In this document: piece after piece, positions 25,138 to 37,181 of the stretch | Position numbering within the stretch: position 1 is the first letter of the stretch | How the letters are laid out: each line of letters begins with the position of its first letter | Source: Octopus vulgaris | Taxonomy: Eukaryota | Direction: 5' to 3' | DNA: 64,000 nt | Assembly: GCA_951406725.2 (NCBI GenBank) | Contig: OX597819.1 | Location: 85,188,001 to 85,252,000, forward strand | Program-made: the position numbers and the translations under genes | Notes under the pieces: generated by a model | Databases searched by the model: none | What the model was told of the DNA's origin: nothing | The model's input: the letters and a program-made list of their open reading frames with translations, nothing else

Positions 25138-27343
25138 GTTAGTTAGTTAGTTAGTTTTTGGGCTCAAAAAGCAAAAAGCAAGGCCATGTAGGGTGACATG
25201 GAGTTACGTACGGGGTGGTGTTCATGTAAAGAGTTCAGACCACTTGTGGTCAAGGGAGACTTTGAACCGAGTGGTCGTCGGCATCTTCACTATCTCGTCC
25301 GGCAGCTTATTCCACGGATCCGCAACCCGGACGGAGAAAGCCCCTCTCCTTCGATTGAGATGAAATCGTCGCAGATAGAGCTTTTCGGAGTGACCCCGTA
25401 GCCGACGCTCTGGAGCAGGAGTGAAGAACAGCTCTTTCGAGAGGTTACACTTTCCGCTTATGATGTTGTGAGCAAGAATGAGATCACCACGGCGTCGTCG
25501 TTTTTCTAGAGAATAAAGGTCGAGCGTTTTCAGCCTTTCCTCATAAGACAAATGCTTGAGACCTAGGAAAAATCCATTTGACGAAAGTGATTATTACGTA
25601 GCGGACGAAGCACATGAATTCAAAGCAACCGCATAGTGAGAGACGGTGCTAAACTATTTCAAGCTCAGGTATTACGTCCAAAATAGGTCGGTAAATTTTT
25701 GGGTCGAAATACCAAGACAACATCTTTCTACGAAGTCTCTCTTCAAAGTCTACAAGCAAATGTTTTCGAATTCTGATTTAAAACTCATCAATCACTAAGC
25801 TTCTTCATAAGACAAATTCTTGAGACCAAGAACCATGCGGGTAGCCAGCTTCTGGACTCTTTCGAGATGCTGTATGTCTTTGAGGAGATAAGGAGAAGAG
25901 GCTTGAATCCCGTACTCCAATATGGGTCTCACCAGCGTGACATAGAGCGGTAGGAATATGGCTGCTGTGAGCATTCCGAATGACCGTCGAATCAAGAACA
26001 GAACTCCGCGTGCTTTGTTGGCAGCATGGACGCACTGGGCCGAAGGCGAAAAGGAGGACTCCACCAAGATACCCAGGTCCTTTACCTGGTCGGTCCTCTC
26101 CAGCAGCAGACGACCCGGCTCGAAATCAAGTTGAGTTGCAGGAGGAGAGCCAACAGGCAGATGACAGCACTTTGACACGTTCAGACACAGGTCCCATTCG
26201 TTAGACCATCTCCAAATTTGGTGGAGGCATCGACGAAGATCCTCTATATCACCTCGAGGAGCGACCAGTTTGACATCGTCGGCAAATAGAAGGGTGTGTT
26301 GCGTGAGGTCGTCGGGAAAGTCATTTATGAAGACTAAGAACAATAAGGGCCCAAGCACTGAACCTTGTGCACGCCACTGCTCGCACTGGAGACGTCGGAC
26401 AGCGAGCCATTAACTTGGACTTGGAAGGAGCGATCTGAGAGGAAGGCACCAACCCATCGTACAATATCCGGATGGAAACTATATGCTTGAAGCTTGACAG
26501 GTAATAGGCGGTGGTTTACCGAGTCAAAAGCTTTGGCAAAGTCCAATAAAACGATGTCAACAGCATCACTATCATCGAGGATGCGCGTCACCAATTCTTC
26601 CATTACCAGTAAGTTGGTCAAGCTCTTCCGCACGAAGCCGTGTTGAGAATCAGAGATAGAGGCTGTGTTTTGAAGGTGGCGCATCATACTTTTCTTAAGG
26701 ATGGTTTCGAACATCTTGATGATTATTGAAGTAAGGGAAACCGGTCGGTAGTTAAGCGGGTCTTCCCGGCTCCCTTTCTTGAAAATTGGGCAGATTATCG
26801 CTGTTCTCCAGTCCGCAGGTATAACACCCGTCGCCAATGACATATTGAATAGACGTGTTAAGGGCTCGCAGATGACCGGAGCCAACGCTTTGATAACCCG
26901 TGGGTGTATGCCGTCAGGGCCGTGACCCTTGTTGATATCGAGACCTTGAATAACGCGTTCGACTTCGTCCCGCGTGATGATCAATCAAAGCATTGGAGGT
27001 ATCGATCTATCAAATGGAGGGGGTTCACGACCATCATCTTGTTTGAAAATAGTTGAAAAAGCCTCGGCAAATAATTGACTCTGTTAATAAGGGTCCTCAA
27101 TCGATTCGCCTGTTGAGTCTACCAACGTTGCAATTTGGTTGTTCAAGCGGGAATTCCGTTGGACATGGGCAAAGAAGGTTTTTGGATTGCGACTGGCGTT
27201 TGCCGCGATTCTGTATTCATATCTGAAGCGTTCTTCCTTTTCAATTTTCACGGCTCGGTCTCGTTGAGTTTTGTACACCTCAAAAGCTGCTGTCGAATCT
27301 AGATTTTTGAATTCAGCCCAAGCAATATCTCTGAGTCGAAGTT
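25138..27343 (-). mobile_element. 5'-truncated CR1-group LINE (ORF2 RT, frameshifted) with (TAAC)n tail
   Basis: GPDGIHP, NYRPVSLTS, LDFAKAFD, LGPLLF, FADD and SYEERL..LYSLEKRR.RGDLI motifs. Tail gttagttag at 25138-25153. Confidence 0.92.
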
Positions 27344-28180
27344 CTGTGTGCATGTGTGTTTGCATTTATGCGAGTGTGTGTGAGTGAGTGAATCTAACAG
27401 ATTAGTAGCAGTTGTAGGATTTAGTTGTACGGACGGACGGGCAGTCGATAGGTTAGGTGATGTGGGTGTGTGAATGCGTGTCGCTGTGTGTTTATGAATG
27501 TGTGTGAGTGTGTGCATGTGCGTTTGAATGTTTGAGTGCGCTTGTATGGGTGTGTTTGTGTATATATATATGTTTGCGTATGAATGTCTGTATGTGTCTG
27601 TGTGGGTAGGGAGATTTTGCATGTGCTAAGATATGTAAATGCGCGCGCGTGTGTGTATGTGTGTGCAATACTAACATACATACCGTAGTCTATTATATTA
27701 TTGAAATTGATTAAGTCTTCAGAATCTTCGAGGAGTGTATCTGATCTTTAGCTGTAGAATAGCAACCAGGCCGAAGTCAATGAAGAGTTCGGTGGAGTGG
27801 TTGGTCGAGGAGACCTGACGGGCGAGGAGGGTATTTTTTGGTGGCAGATATCTCTCATAAATGTTCTGTAAATCTGTCAGCTAGACGGCGACCAGTCTGT
27901 CCAACATATAATGAGCGGCAATGGGTGCACTTGAGGCAATAGATGATGTTAGAAAAGATAGAGGAGAAGGAGTCATCGATATGGATAGTGTGTTGGGTAG
28001 TTCCTGTCAGGGAGGTGGTTTTGGTCATGAACGGATAGGTGTGGAACTAGAGTCTGGAGCAAGGGAACAACTCAGGATGGAGGAAGTGAATGAGGGGAAG
28101 GAGGTAGGCCAGTCTGTCGCGTAAGTTTTGGGTGTGTGTGAAGGAGAGGAAAGGTAGGGTGGAGAAAACAAGGAGGGTGG
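27344..28180 (-). mobile_element. Penelope-like 3' fragment (GIY-YIG) with CA-rich trailer
   Basis: Minus frame at about 27860-27950 reads NIIYCLKCTHCRSLYVGQTGRRLADRFTEHL. Confidence 0.8.
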
Positions 28181-28182
28181 TT

Positions 28183-28239
<57 letters not shown>

Positions 28240-28380
28240 TTATAAATATATATTCAGGGCAAGCGAGTAAGTATACTGGCTTAGCCGCATGCTGAAAGAT
28301 GACGCTACCTTAAAATATCACAATAAACATACGCCGAATTCAGGCAAATAAACAAAAAGATTCATGAAAAGGTTTAATTA

Positions 28381-28436
28381 CATATCAATTAATTTCAGGA
28401 TTAAAAGGAAACTCTTTTAATCCATCATCAGTATAA
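28381..28436 (-). ncRNA. Hammerhead motif in a short element between (TA)n tracts
   Basis: Minus strand CTGATGA t ggattaaaag-agtttc-cttttaatcc t GAAA TTAAT. Long stem II and palindromic stem III; stem I is weak. Confidence 0.6.
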
Positions 28437-29685
28437 TACAACCAAGTACACATAATTTATACATAGGTCACAAAAACAACGGCTTCACAGCGTAAATACA
28501 ACTGTTCGTACTTATATACAAATTCAAATATATATATATATATATATATATAGCTGTTTAATGACTTTCGTAAATCAGAAAAAACAGGCACTCATATATC
28601 AAGTAGCAGAGAAGGTATATTATTTATACAGTAGAAAGTAACAAATCCAGGTTGTCAAATGGTTTCGTGTTAAAATACCTTCTGAGGGAAGAAGGAAATT
28701 TAGCTTTCACTAGACATAGCTGAACGAAAGACTGTAGCTTGACCTTTTTTGTACTAGAAATCTGAAAATGCCATATTCGGTTTGCGAGCATCAGAGATGG
28801 TGCAAAAAACAAACAAACAGAAAAAAAACAAAGAAAAAACCCCAAAACCAAAGGGAAATAAATTTCGGAATAAATAGAAACAGACTTATCTTTTAGTCTT
28901 ATTAGAGTGGTGAAGATTAGTTGGTCCTTTTTGTCATTGCCCTACATGGTAACAACAAAAATGAGCGTAGAAAAATAACTGAGGGTCTGGTAGTAACGGT
29001 CCACTCCAGTATTTTAAATATGTGATTGTAGAAATGAGAGACGGGGAGGATGAAGAAAAGGGGAGGGTATTGGTAGGAAGAAAGATGAGGGTGTTTTTTT
29101 CAAAAATCCTGTGTGGGCGTGTATTTATGTGGCTGTGAGTAAGCGCTGAGTTTGAGAGAAATATTTTTTCACTCTATAAAGCTATTTATTATAGTTTGAG
29201 AGAAATATTATACACACTCTATAATGCTATTTCGATTGAATCAACGCTTCTAGAACCGATGGGATCGATCCTTGTATATAACTGGAAATTATGTCATCGA
29301 CTCAAGAAGAACGAAAAGCAGTGTCATTTTCTGAAATATATACTGAAAGAGATTTGATCGAGTGTTTTACTGTTTCTATCCCTTCACATCGTCTAGAAAG
29401 TTATTTCCATAGCCAACACATCGAATATATTGTTAGTTCTTTTGCGTTACAAAATCAATCCATTTCGACTTCTAATAGGCGCAAACACGCCCTCCCGAGA
29501 TGATCCATATCCTTAGTTGAACGATATCGCCAATCATTCCCTTTCAAGATAAAAATCTCCATCATTAGTATTTTGTCGATCAAAAATACTATTTCCTACA
29601 GGATTTTCTCAACAAAGAGTTCTGGTTACACTAGCTACCCCGATTCCTGACTATCCATGTAGCGTTTATATATATATATATATAC

Positions 29686-31964
29686 TTTTTTTTTCTAGTT
29701 TCAGCTCAGAGCTGCGGCCATGCTGATGCACCGCCGTTTTGTGCTACACTGTTATTACGAAGAGCCTCCTCTAATATGTAGGACTTGGTGAAGAATGGAG
29801 TTTGATATAGCTACTCTCATTTGCACCTCTTGCCGTGAGGTAGGTTCATCTGGGACTCTTGACAGGAAGATGTCCAGCTTTGATTTAAAAACCGCTACAT
29901 CTACTTTGTGCAAGTTCCTCAGACTCTTTGGGAGAATATTAAAAAGCTGTGGGCCCTTGAAACCCAGGCTGTTGCAGAAGCTGGTCCTGAAGCGTGATGG
30001 CATTGCTGGGATCTTTGGCACTATGCAGTGTCGTCCCGTTCTAGCATTGGTGTAGCTTACAATGCCAAAATTTGGCACAATTCCTTCCAGGATCTTCCAG
30101 ACATATATTACTGCATACCTCTCCCGTCTTCTCTCCAGGGAGTAGAGTCTTAGCTGTTTCAACCTTTCCCAGTAGCTGAGCTGTTGCAAAGAGACGATCT
30201 TCTTTGTGAATCTTCTCTGGATTGCTTCAAGGTCCGCTGTTAATTTTACACTGGTGGGTGACCATAGCTGTGAGCAGTAATCCAGGCGACTGAGGACGAA
30301 TGTCCGCCAGAGGACCATCATGGTTTCCTTATCTCTGGTTCTGAATGTTCTTAGGATCCACCCAGCCAGTCGTCTGCACTTTGTCGCCATCCTGGTAATG
30401 TGCACTTGGAAAGAGGTATCATCACTCATGTCGATACCCAGGTCCCTCACAGACTTAGGCTCTGGGATTGAAATTCCCTGTGGACCAGTGTATCCTGTAA
30501 GTTTAATATTCAGTTTTGGATGCTGGTAGCGCAGGGCCTGGAATTTTTCAGCATTAAACTGCATATTATTATCCTCAGCCCATCTGTAGATTGAGTCCAA
30601 CTCCTGCTGCAGGTGTGCAACATCGCTGGGGTTCTGTATTTTCTGCAAGACTTTCGTATCGTCTGCATAGCTGGCCAGAGTGGCTATCCGGGCATTTGAG
30701 GGCATATCTGAGAGGGCCACTATAAAAAGCAGTGGTCCCAAGACAGTGCCCTGTGGAACACCGCTCACTATTTGTGTGTTCATAGAGGTGGCTCCATTAA
30801 CCACTACTGCCTGACTCCTATCTTTCAGAAAGTCATGCAACCACACTCCAAGTTTTCCAGCTATGCCGAGGTCACGTAGTTTGTGGCATATCATACCATG
30901 ATCCACCTTGTCAAAAGCTTTTGCAAAATCAAGGTAGATTACGTCCACATTTGATTTGTTGAGTAACTGCCTCAACACCCAGTCATAATGCTGTAAGAGC
31001 TGGGCCAGGCAGCTCCTACCTGGTCGAAAACCATGCTGGGTATTACTCAGCAAGTTATTTTCCTCAAAGAATGCGATTAGTTTCTTTCTGACTATCCTTT
31101 CCATGACTTTGCTGATGTGTGAAGTCAGAGAGATAGGCCTATAGTTTTTGGCATCTGCTCTACTTCCCCTTTATGTATTGGGCATATTATTCCCCCTTCA
31201 GCTTGCTTGGCAGTTTGCCATTCGCAAGAAAGCTCTGGAAGAGAATCTTGAGGGGTTTTGCCAGGGCATGCTTACACGCTTTGAGGAGGATGGCTGGGAA
31301 ACCGTCTGGACCAACAGCTGAGTTTGTGTCCACTTCATCTATGGCTAGTAGGACATCTTTTTTGCTAATTTCAATACATTCTATTGTAACCGCCTCGCTG
31401 GTTATAGGTGAGGCGGCAAAGAAGTCCACTGGTTCGTTCACTTGTCTGTGTTCCAACGGGGTAGTAAAGACACTTTTGAACTGGTCATTCAGCATCTCAC
31501 TGATCATAGTTGGACTGTCTGTGAGGGAGCCATCCTTTTGGAGGAGGGGTCCTATCTTGTAGTGCACTGAGACTGTTTCTTTCGCGTAATGAAAGAAGGC
31601 CTTTGGGTTTGATTTAATGTTTTTTATAACCCAGGCTTCTTTGTCTGCTTTCTCCTTCACATAGGATTGTTGCAGCCTTTTTTCGATCTCCATCAGTGTT
31701 GTTTTTAGGCGGGACGTTTCGCTACTTTTGGGATGTTGGTTGAGACGATTTGCAACCTTCGTCCGTCGTCTCATGAGGATCTTCCTGTCTCTTGGAATCT
31801 TGCTCCTATTTGTTTTGGCCTTGTGCTCTGGGACATATTTCTGGCATACGGCTTGCACAGAAGACATGAAACATTTTAGTTTCATGTCAATGTCTGGTGT
31901 GGAGAGACATTCCGGCCAGTCCTCTCTGAGGATCTCTTTTTGGATCGATTTCCAATCTGCTTTG
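29686..31964 (-). mobile_element. Young 5'-truncated CR1-group LINE with intact RT domain and A tail
   Basis: ORFs 31187-31885 and 29755-31104 are separated by a frameshift near 31170. Short 3' UTR and A-tract at 29686-29694. Confidence 0.93.
29755..31104 (-). CDS. LINE ORF2 reverse transcriptase domain and C-terminus (open frame of a truncated copy)
   Basis: 449-aa ORF with QHGFR, YLDFAKAFD, GVPQGTVLGPLLF, YADD and DLG motifs. Confidence 0.8.
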   Translation of the reverse strand: MERIVRKKLIAFFEENNLLSNTQHGFRPGRSCLAQLLQHYDWVLRQLLNKSNVDVIYLDFAKAFDKVDHGMICHKLRDLGIAGKLGVWLHDFLKDRSQAVVVNGATSMNTQIVSGVPQGTVLGPLLFIVALSDMPSNARIATLASYADDTKVLQKIQNPSDVAHLQQELDSIYRWAEDNNMQFNAEKFQALRYQHPKLNIKLTGYTGPQGISIPEPKSVRDLGIDMSDDTSFQVHITRMATKCRRLAGWILRTFRTRDKETMMVLWRTFVLSRLDYCSQLWSPTSVKLTADLEAIQRRFTKKIVSLQQLSYWERLKQLRLYSLERRRERYAVIYVWKILEGIVPNFGIVSYTNARTGRHCIVPKIPAMPSRFRTSFCNSLGFKGPQLFNILPKSLRNLHKVDVAVFKSKLDIFLSRVPDEPTSRQEVQMRVAISNSILHQVLHIRGGSS

Positions 31965-32029
31965 TGGGAATCGAAACCACGATCCTACGACCGCGAGTCC
32001 GCTGCCCTAACCACTAAGCCATTGCGCCT

Positions 32030-32032
<3 letters not shown>
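31965..32032 (-). mobile_element. Isolated tRNA-like SINE head fused to the LINE 5' end
   Basis: The reverse complement matches the head of the SINE at 32088 with 2 differences in 67 nt. Confidence 0.85.
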
Positions 32033-32087
<55 letters not shown>

Positions 32088-32395
32088 GTGGAGGCGCAAT
32101 GGCCTAGTGGTTAGGGCAGCGGACTCGCGGGCGTAGGATCGTGGTTTCGATTCCCAGACCGGGCGTTGTGAGTGTTTATTGAGCGAAAACACCTTAAAGC
32201 TCCACGAGGCTCCGGCAGGGGGTGGTGATCCCTGCTGTACTCTTTCACCACTCTTTCTCCCACTCTTTCTTCTGTTGGCCTGCTCGCTTAGCCAGCGGGG
32301 TGGCGTCATTCGAAGGCTAAAACAATGCGAACGCATTGTGACCAGCGATGTATAACTACATCTGATGGACTGGTCGGTCACGTGATCACGTGATA
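32088..32395 (+). mobile_element. tRNA(Arg-like)-derived SINE
   Basis: TGGCCTAGTGG A box, GTTTCGATTCC B-like box, TCG at the anticodon position and a cacgtgat tandem tail. Confidence 0.8.
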
Positions 32396-32770
32396 TATAT
32401 ATGTATATATATGTATATATATATACAAGATTTTTATTTTCTAGTTGCTCAAAATCTCGGCCACAAATCCCATTCTTATACTACAAGATCTCTTTCTTTA
32501 AAAAGGCAAGTAATGGTAAAATGGACCCTACTCCTTTTGAGAGTAAATTTCAGTTATGAAATCTATGTTTTTTCTATCCCCGAAAGCTTCATAGATGAAT
32601 AAGTAAAAATTATCTAGAAAGTGAATCAGAAAAAAAGTTAAGTATTGACTAATGATAACACATTCTCAGGAGTATCAAGCGATGTAGAGAATGGGTATTG
32701 AGGCAAAATTATTTTTAGATTCTAATATATGAAAATCAATACTGTACAATAGATTGCTCATCATTTGCAG

Positions 32771-33258
32771 GTGTCCTTAAAACAAAGTGAATACGATCTC
32801 ATGTTTTCAGTGATTTCAGTTGACTACAGAAAGATTAGTATCACAAATTACTTTTTATGTTTTGTTTCGTCAAACTTGTTAAATAAATTCTAATCCTTCT
32901 GTTCTTGAAAACTTGATTACTATCGAGGTTTTGTTTTGAAAATGCTAAGCAAGACAATAGCAGAACCAATATCTGCATAGTAAAGAAAAATAATGCATTG
33001 TTTATTAAGCAAAATACAGAAACATTTTAAAATGTTTTGTTACACATATGGGGATACGTAAATAATTGTGATCGATAACAATTATTAAAACAGTAATAAA
33101 TGAGCTGAAATTGAATTTTAAATTATTTCTAGGAATGTCTAAACAGAGTCACATCTGGCACTCTTGATAAGGCGTGGAAATGTTGGCTTAATGGTTATAG
33201 CATATATCCACCTAGAACCACGTCATGTTATAACGAATTATTTAACGTTCAACAGGCA
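32771..33258 (+). pseudogene. Candidate exons 32771-33057 (Ig-like, with stops) and 33133-33258 (open, Cys-rich)
   Basis: Acceptor tttgcag at 32770. The phase-1 frame has FENAKQDNSRTNIC (Ig F-strand-like) but six stops. A 75-nt GT-AG intron follows, then 42 open codons ECLNRVTSGTLDKAWKCWLNGYSIYPPRTTSCYNELFNVQQA. Confidence 0.3.
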
Positions 33259-34524
33259 GTAATAATTCCAACTAACTGTAAATAGCAAACAGTAGAAATG
33301 ACTTATTTCTAAAGTAGCGTGTACGTTGTTAATGTTTATATGTTAACCAAGTTTTTAATAAGTTTTCCGAAGTAAAAATAAAAAGGTTATTTTAGTTTCA
33401 TTGGAGGAAGTAGACTTTTAAGATATTTCAGACAATAAAAATGACAACTGTTATAATTAAACAAATTAAAGAGGAACTTCAATGTAAATATTGTTCATCA
33501 ATGTAATATGCATAAGAAAATAATATGAGTTGGTTTACTAACATAATTTATTCAGTGATGCATGCATTTTTCATAAGAAAAGACTTAGTTGCCGATCGAA
33601 TCCCTAGGACTCGTTTTATCGATATCAATGAGGTTTAATTTACGCACATTCATGCAAATAAATACTGTAAAATATATACCGGAACCATCAAAATAGTCGA
33701 TAATTTAATAAAACGAAAATAAAATGAATTGTAAGCCTATATAAAGGTACGGTTTTGTCCTGGTTGTGTTAAGGGGCACGCGTGGCCGTGGAAAGTAAAA
33801 GGAATCGATCAATTGAATTACCTAATTATGAAATTAAAAATTTACAGACAGATTATTTGTGCAAATGCTGCCAATTGAGAGCTGGGAGTACCGGGCATTA
33901 TTAGATTTCAGGGGTCATCAGGAGAAGGTGTGTTGCGTTTTGGGGTATTCTGCTCAATGATTTTACGTCAAGTCAACGATACGCCGACTCGTTGTTCGAT
34001 TAGAGTTGAGGCTTTGAGAGCACGATACAAGCTCAGGAGGAATTAAAAGTTACCTGGAAAATTTAAGATTTGGTGTTTGCAGTTTGATCTATATCCCTGT
34101 CTAGAAAGGGCGTGCTTTCGTCTTTAGGGTATTCGGCTCTCGATCGTTTGGTCGTCAGTTCAATACTCGGCGGCGCATTCTGTCCTTGAGAAAGGCACTT
34201 TATTTCACATTACTCCAGTCCATTCAGCTGGCAAAAATGAATAGTACCTGTATTTCAAAGGATCAGCCTTGTCATAAGTACCAAGTTACTCTGGTGGTTT
34301 TAAAAAAATGGGAATATGTAACAGATACGATGCCTAACACCAGAGTAATATATCCTGTGCATCATGTGATAAACAGGACATACAAAAGGTAATTTCCTCA
34401 CGTTGTTTGTAGTTGCTTATGTGTTACAACTTACTTTATGTTGCTCACATTGCTCTCTCTTGCGAAAATTGATACGTTGTATCTGTTATTCAACGAGCAT
34501 AGATTGTTGCTGTCGTTGTCTGTT

Positions 34525-36200
34525 GTGAAAACCTGACACCCCTGTGGGATAGCAAGGCAACTGTCCTAAACCGTATAAAGGCGCATGCGCACTGTCAGTG
34601 AGAGTCACCGTGCCATGTTTTTTTTTCGCGTTGGTGGAAATTTTGGTTGAATCACTTGTGATTCTGAAGTAGGCCGTTTGTTTGTTATGTTTGTTGAGGG
34701 TCTCCCCGTGTGGGTGGACCTGGGATCTGTTGAATTTGTTGAATTTCGAACTATTGTTGCTGTTTTTGCCTGCTTTTGGATTTGTTTTCTTCCCCAATGT
34801 GGGTGAGGTGGAGAAGAGAGGAGAGATAGAGCATGAACCATCTGGAAGTTGCGCATCAGCCACGATTAAAGGAGTGTCTACCAGCTTCCAGGAAGTGCGA
34901 GAAATTGGGATGGAGCCCAGAAAGTGGAAGGAGAGCAGTAAATTGATGGAGGAGGAAGGAGACGGTTTGAGGCTGACTTCACCGGAAGAGTTGGCGAAGA
35001 AGACAGTGATGTGCAGAATGCTGTCTATGTCCTCTAAAAAGATAGAGGTTGCCCAAATAGAGGCAATAGAGGAGTGCCTCCAGGACGTAAAGAGGCTTAC
35101 TACATTTTATACGCGTGGAAGAAAGTACGGCACAGTGAAAGTAAGGTTTGGCAACGAAGAGGACGTAATAAACCACTCGACTGTGTCGATGGGGACACAG
35201 GAATGGGCACTTCTGCCGACTTACTTTGGCAAATACGCCACCAGAGTAAGAATTGGCAGAGTACCTTCCTAGATTAAAGAAACATGGCTGGTGGCAGCAG
35301 TCATGCACAGAATGGAGGATGATGTGAAAATCTTGAAGATTATGAGAACCAAAAAAGTTAATTGTTGGGGGTATGACCTCGAGATGACCATACAAGTGAG
35401 CCTAAAAGACCTGTATGAGATCACAGAGGAGAGCCTTCTCCCAGAAGACGTCAGACTAAGAGTAGTGGTGGAAGAAAGACCACCAAGATGTTTCTTATGT
35501 GGTCAAAAGGGACACACGAAAGCGAGAAATATACCGGAGAAATATACAGAACATACCAAGGGAATAATTATTGACAAGGAAAGATACGAAAAACTGAAAG
35601 AACTGTTCGGAAGTAGTATAGACCCTTTAGGGGTCAAATTGAATTCGACGAATTACCATCGGTCGTGGAGTATGAAGATTTGACACCCTTAATGAACTGT
35701 TAAAAAGAGTAAAGTAAGTAAATCTTTTTGGAAAAAAAGAGAAAAAATAGAATTTCAAAATTGAAAAAACAAAAAAAGTTGCTCAAAGGTAAAAAAAAAA
35801 GAGTGTAAGAAAGCTATGTTAATTTGTATAATTTAACTGTTAAATGGTACTGCTTGAGGGGAGGGGGGATCAATGCAGCCATTTCATCATCATTGATTTT
35901 ATTATTTTTATACATCTTTCATTTTTCGTTCGTTTTATGTTTTTGTCCCCACTGTGGTGTTCTGTCTGTCCTTGTACTGTCTCCTCTATGTTATAGTGTG
36001 TGCAGGCGCTTGACGAAGACAGTCGTAAGAATCAATGAGAAAATATATTGCTTGTTACGTGTTGTTTCTGATTTATATTTGTATTGTTATAACCTTGTTA
36101 TAGGTCCAAGTTATAAAGTGACATATACAGTGAGTTCAAATAAGGGCATAAGTGTCGACGAGACACAACATTGTCTAACTCCATATCGACCATAATAAAG
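34525..36200 (+). mobile_element. L1/Tx1-like ORF1 (gag-like zinc knuckle) element without ORF2
   Basis: ORFs 34682-35272 and 35291-35683 are in one frame separated by a stop, with RVVVEERPPRCFLCGQKGH. The 5' end is shared with the 51426-52117 copy. The 3' boundary is uncertain. Confidence 0.65.
34581..34599 (+). promoter_or_regulatory. NRF-1-like GCGCATGCGCA motif followed by Inr-like TCAGT in the element 5' end
   Basis: Motif read directly and retained (GCGCATGCGTA..ACAGT) in the second copy at about 52043-52061, minus strand. Function is inferred. Confidence 0.4.
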
Positions 36201-36216
36201 TAAGCCCTCCTAGCTT

Positions 36217-36500
36217 TATCTTTTACTTGTTTCAGTCATTGTATTGCGGCCTTGCTGGGACACTGTCTCGCAAGGTTTAGTTGGTCAAATTAACTCTAGT
36301 ACTTATGTTGAGGTCTGGTAATACTCTTTCCGTCCCTTTAGCCGAACTGCTAAGTTATAGGAACGTAAACAAATTAATGCTAGTTTTCAAGTAGCTATGC
36401 GGGACAAACACCACACACACGCACACACACAACGGGTTTCGTCACAGTTTCCATATCCCATAGTAGGCCCAGGACTATATAGAAGACATTTGCCCGTAGA
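36217..36500 (-). mobile_element. Diverged CORE-type SINE
   Basis: tcttttacttgtttcagtcatt tail and gaagacatttgccc core in reverse complement. Confidence 0.7.
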
Positions 36501-37181
36501 GCGTGCTCCTTGGCCTCATAGTCATACTTGCGTTAATGTTTTTTCCAAACAGTATACGCTAGAAAACATAATCTACCCAAAGAGCCCATTTTAAAGACAG
36601 TATGTTGTAGCTCGAGTGATATTCGGCGGCTATTTCTAGCAAGTAGAGTGATCCTACAGGGGTTCCTTCGTTTATTCGCAGCCGTGTATGTTTATGTTGT
36701 TCTGGAAGATAGGCAAGTCGTTAGAGATTTGTCTTTTATTCAGACTTATTGCATCAAGAATTATATTATTCTAAGTTGTGTGCGTTTGCGGAAGATCTAG
36801 CTTCTGTTTCTAGCAGATCGAGCGTTAGAGGCTCCTTGTTTGGTTGGTTTCTTTTAATCTTGAAGGTAAGATACAAAAAGAATATGACTATAACAGGAAA
36901 CCAAATATTGTCTCTGAGAGATCATCAAAATTCGAATTCCACAGTGACTAGAGTAGAAGGTAATCTGTAATCTGTAATCGTCTTCAGAATGATAAGCCTG
37001 ATGCTAAGGAAGAATACAGTTTCATGAATCTAAATATGACATTTCTTGGAATATACATATCATGTGCTATCTCGTAAACACATACAGATACAAACGCGTG
37101 CTTACACAAACACATATATACACACATGCGCATACACATACTCTTTCTCTCACAATCAAATACTCTTATACTTATTTCTAG

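Noticed and set aside
29150-29232. About 43-bp tandem duplication
   Set aside because: Ordinary slippage duplication with no further structure.
32088-32160. tRNA-Arg gene
   Set aside because: Abnormal T loop and acceptor stem, followed by a SINE body.
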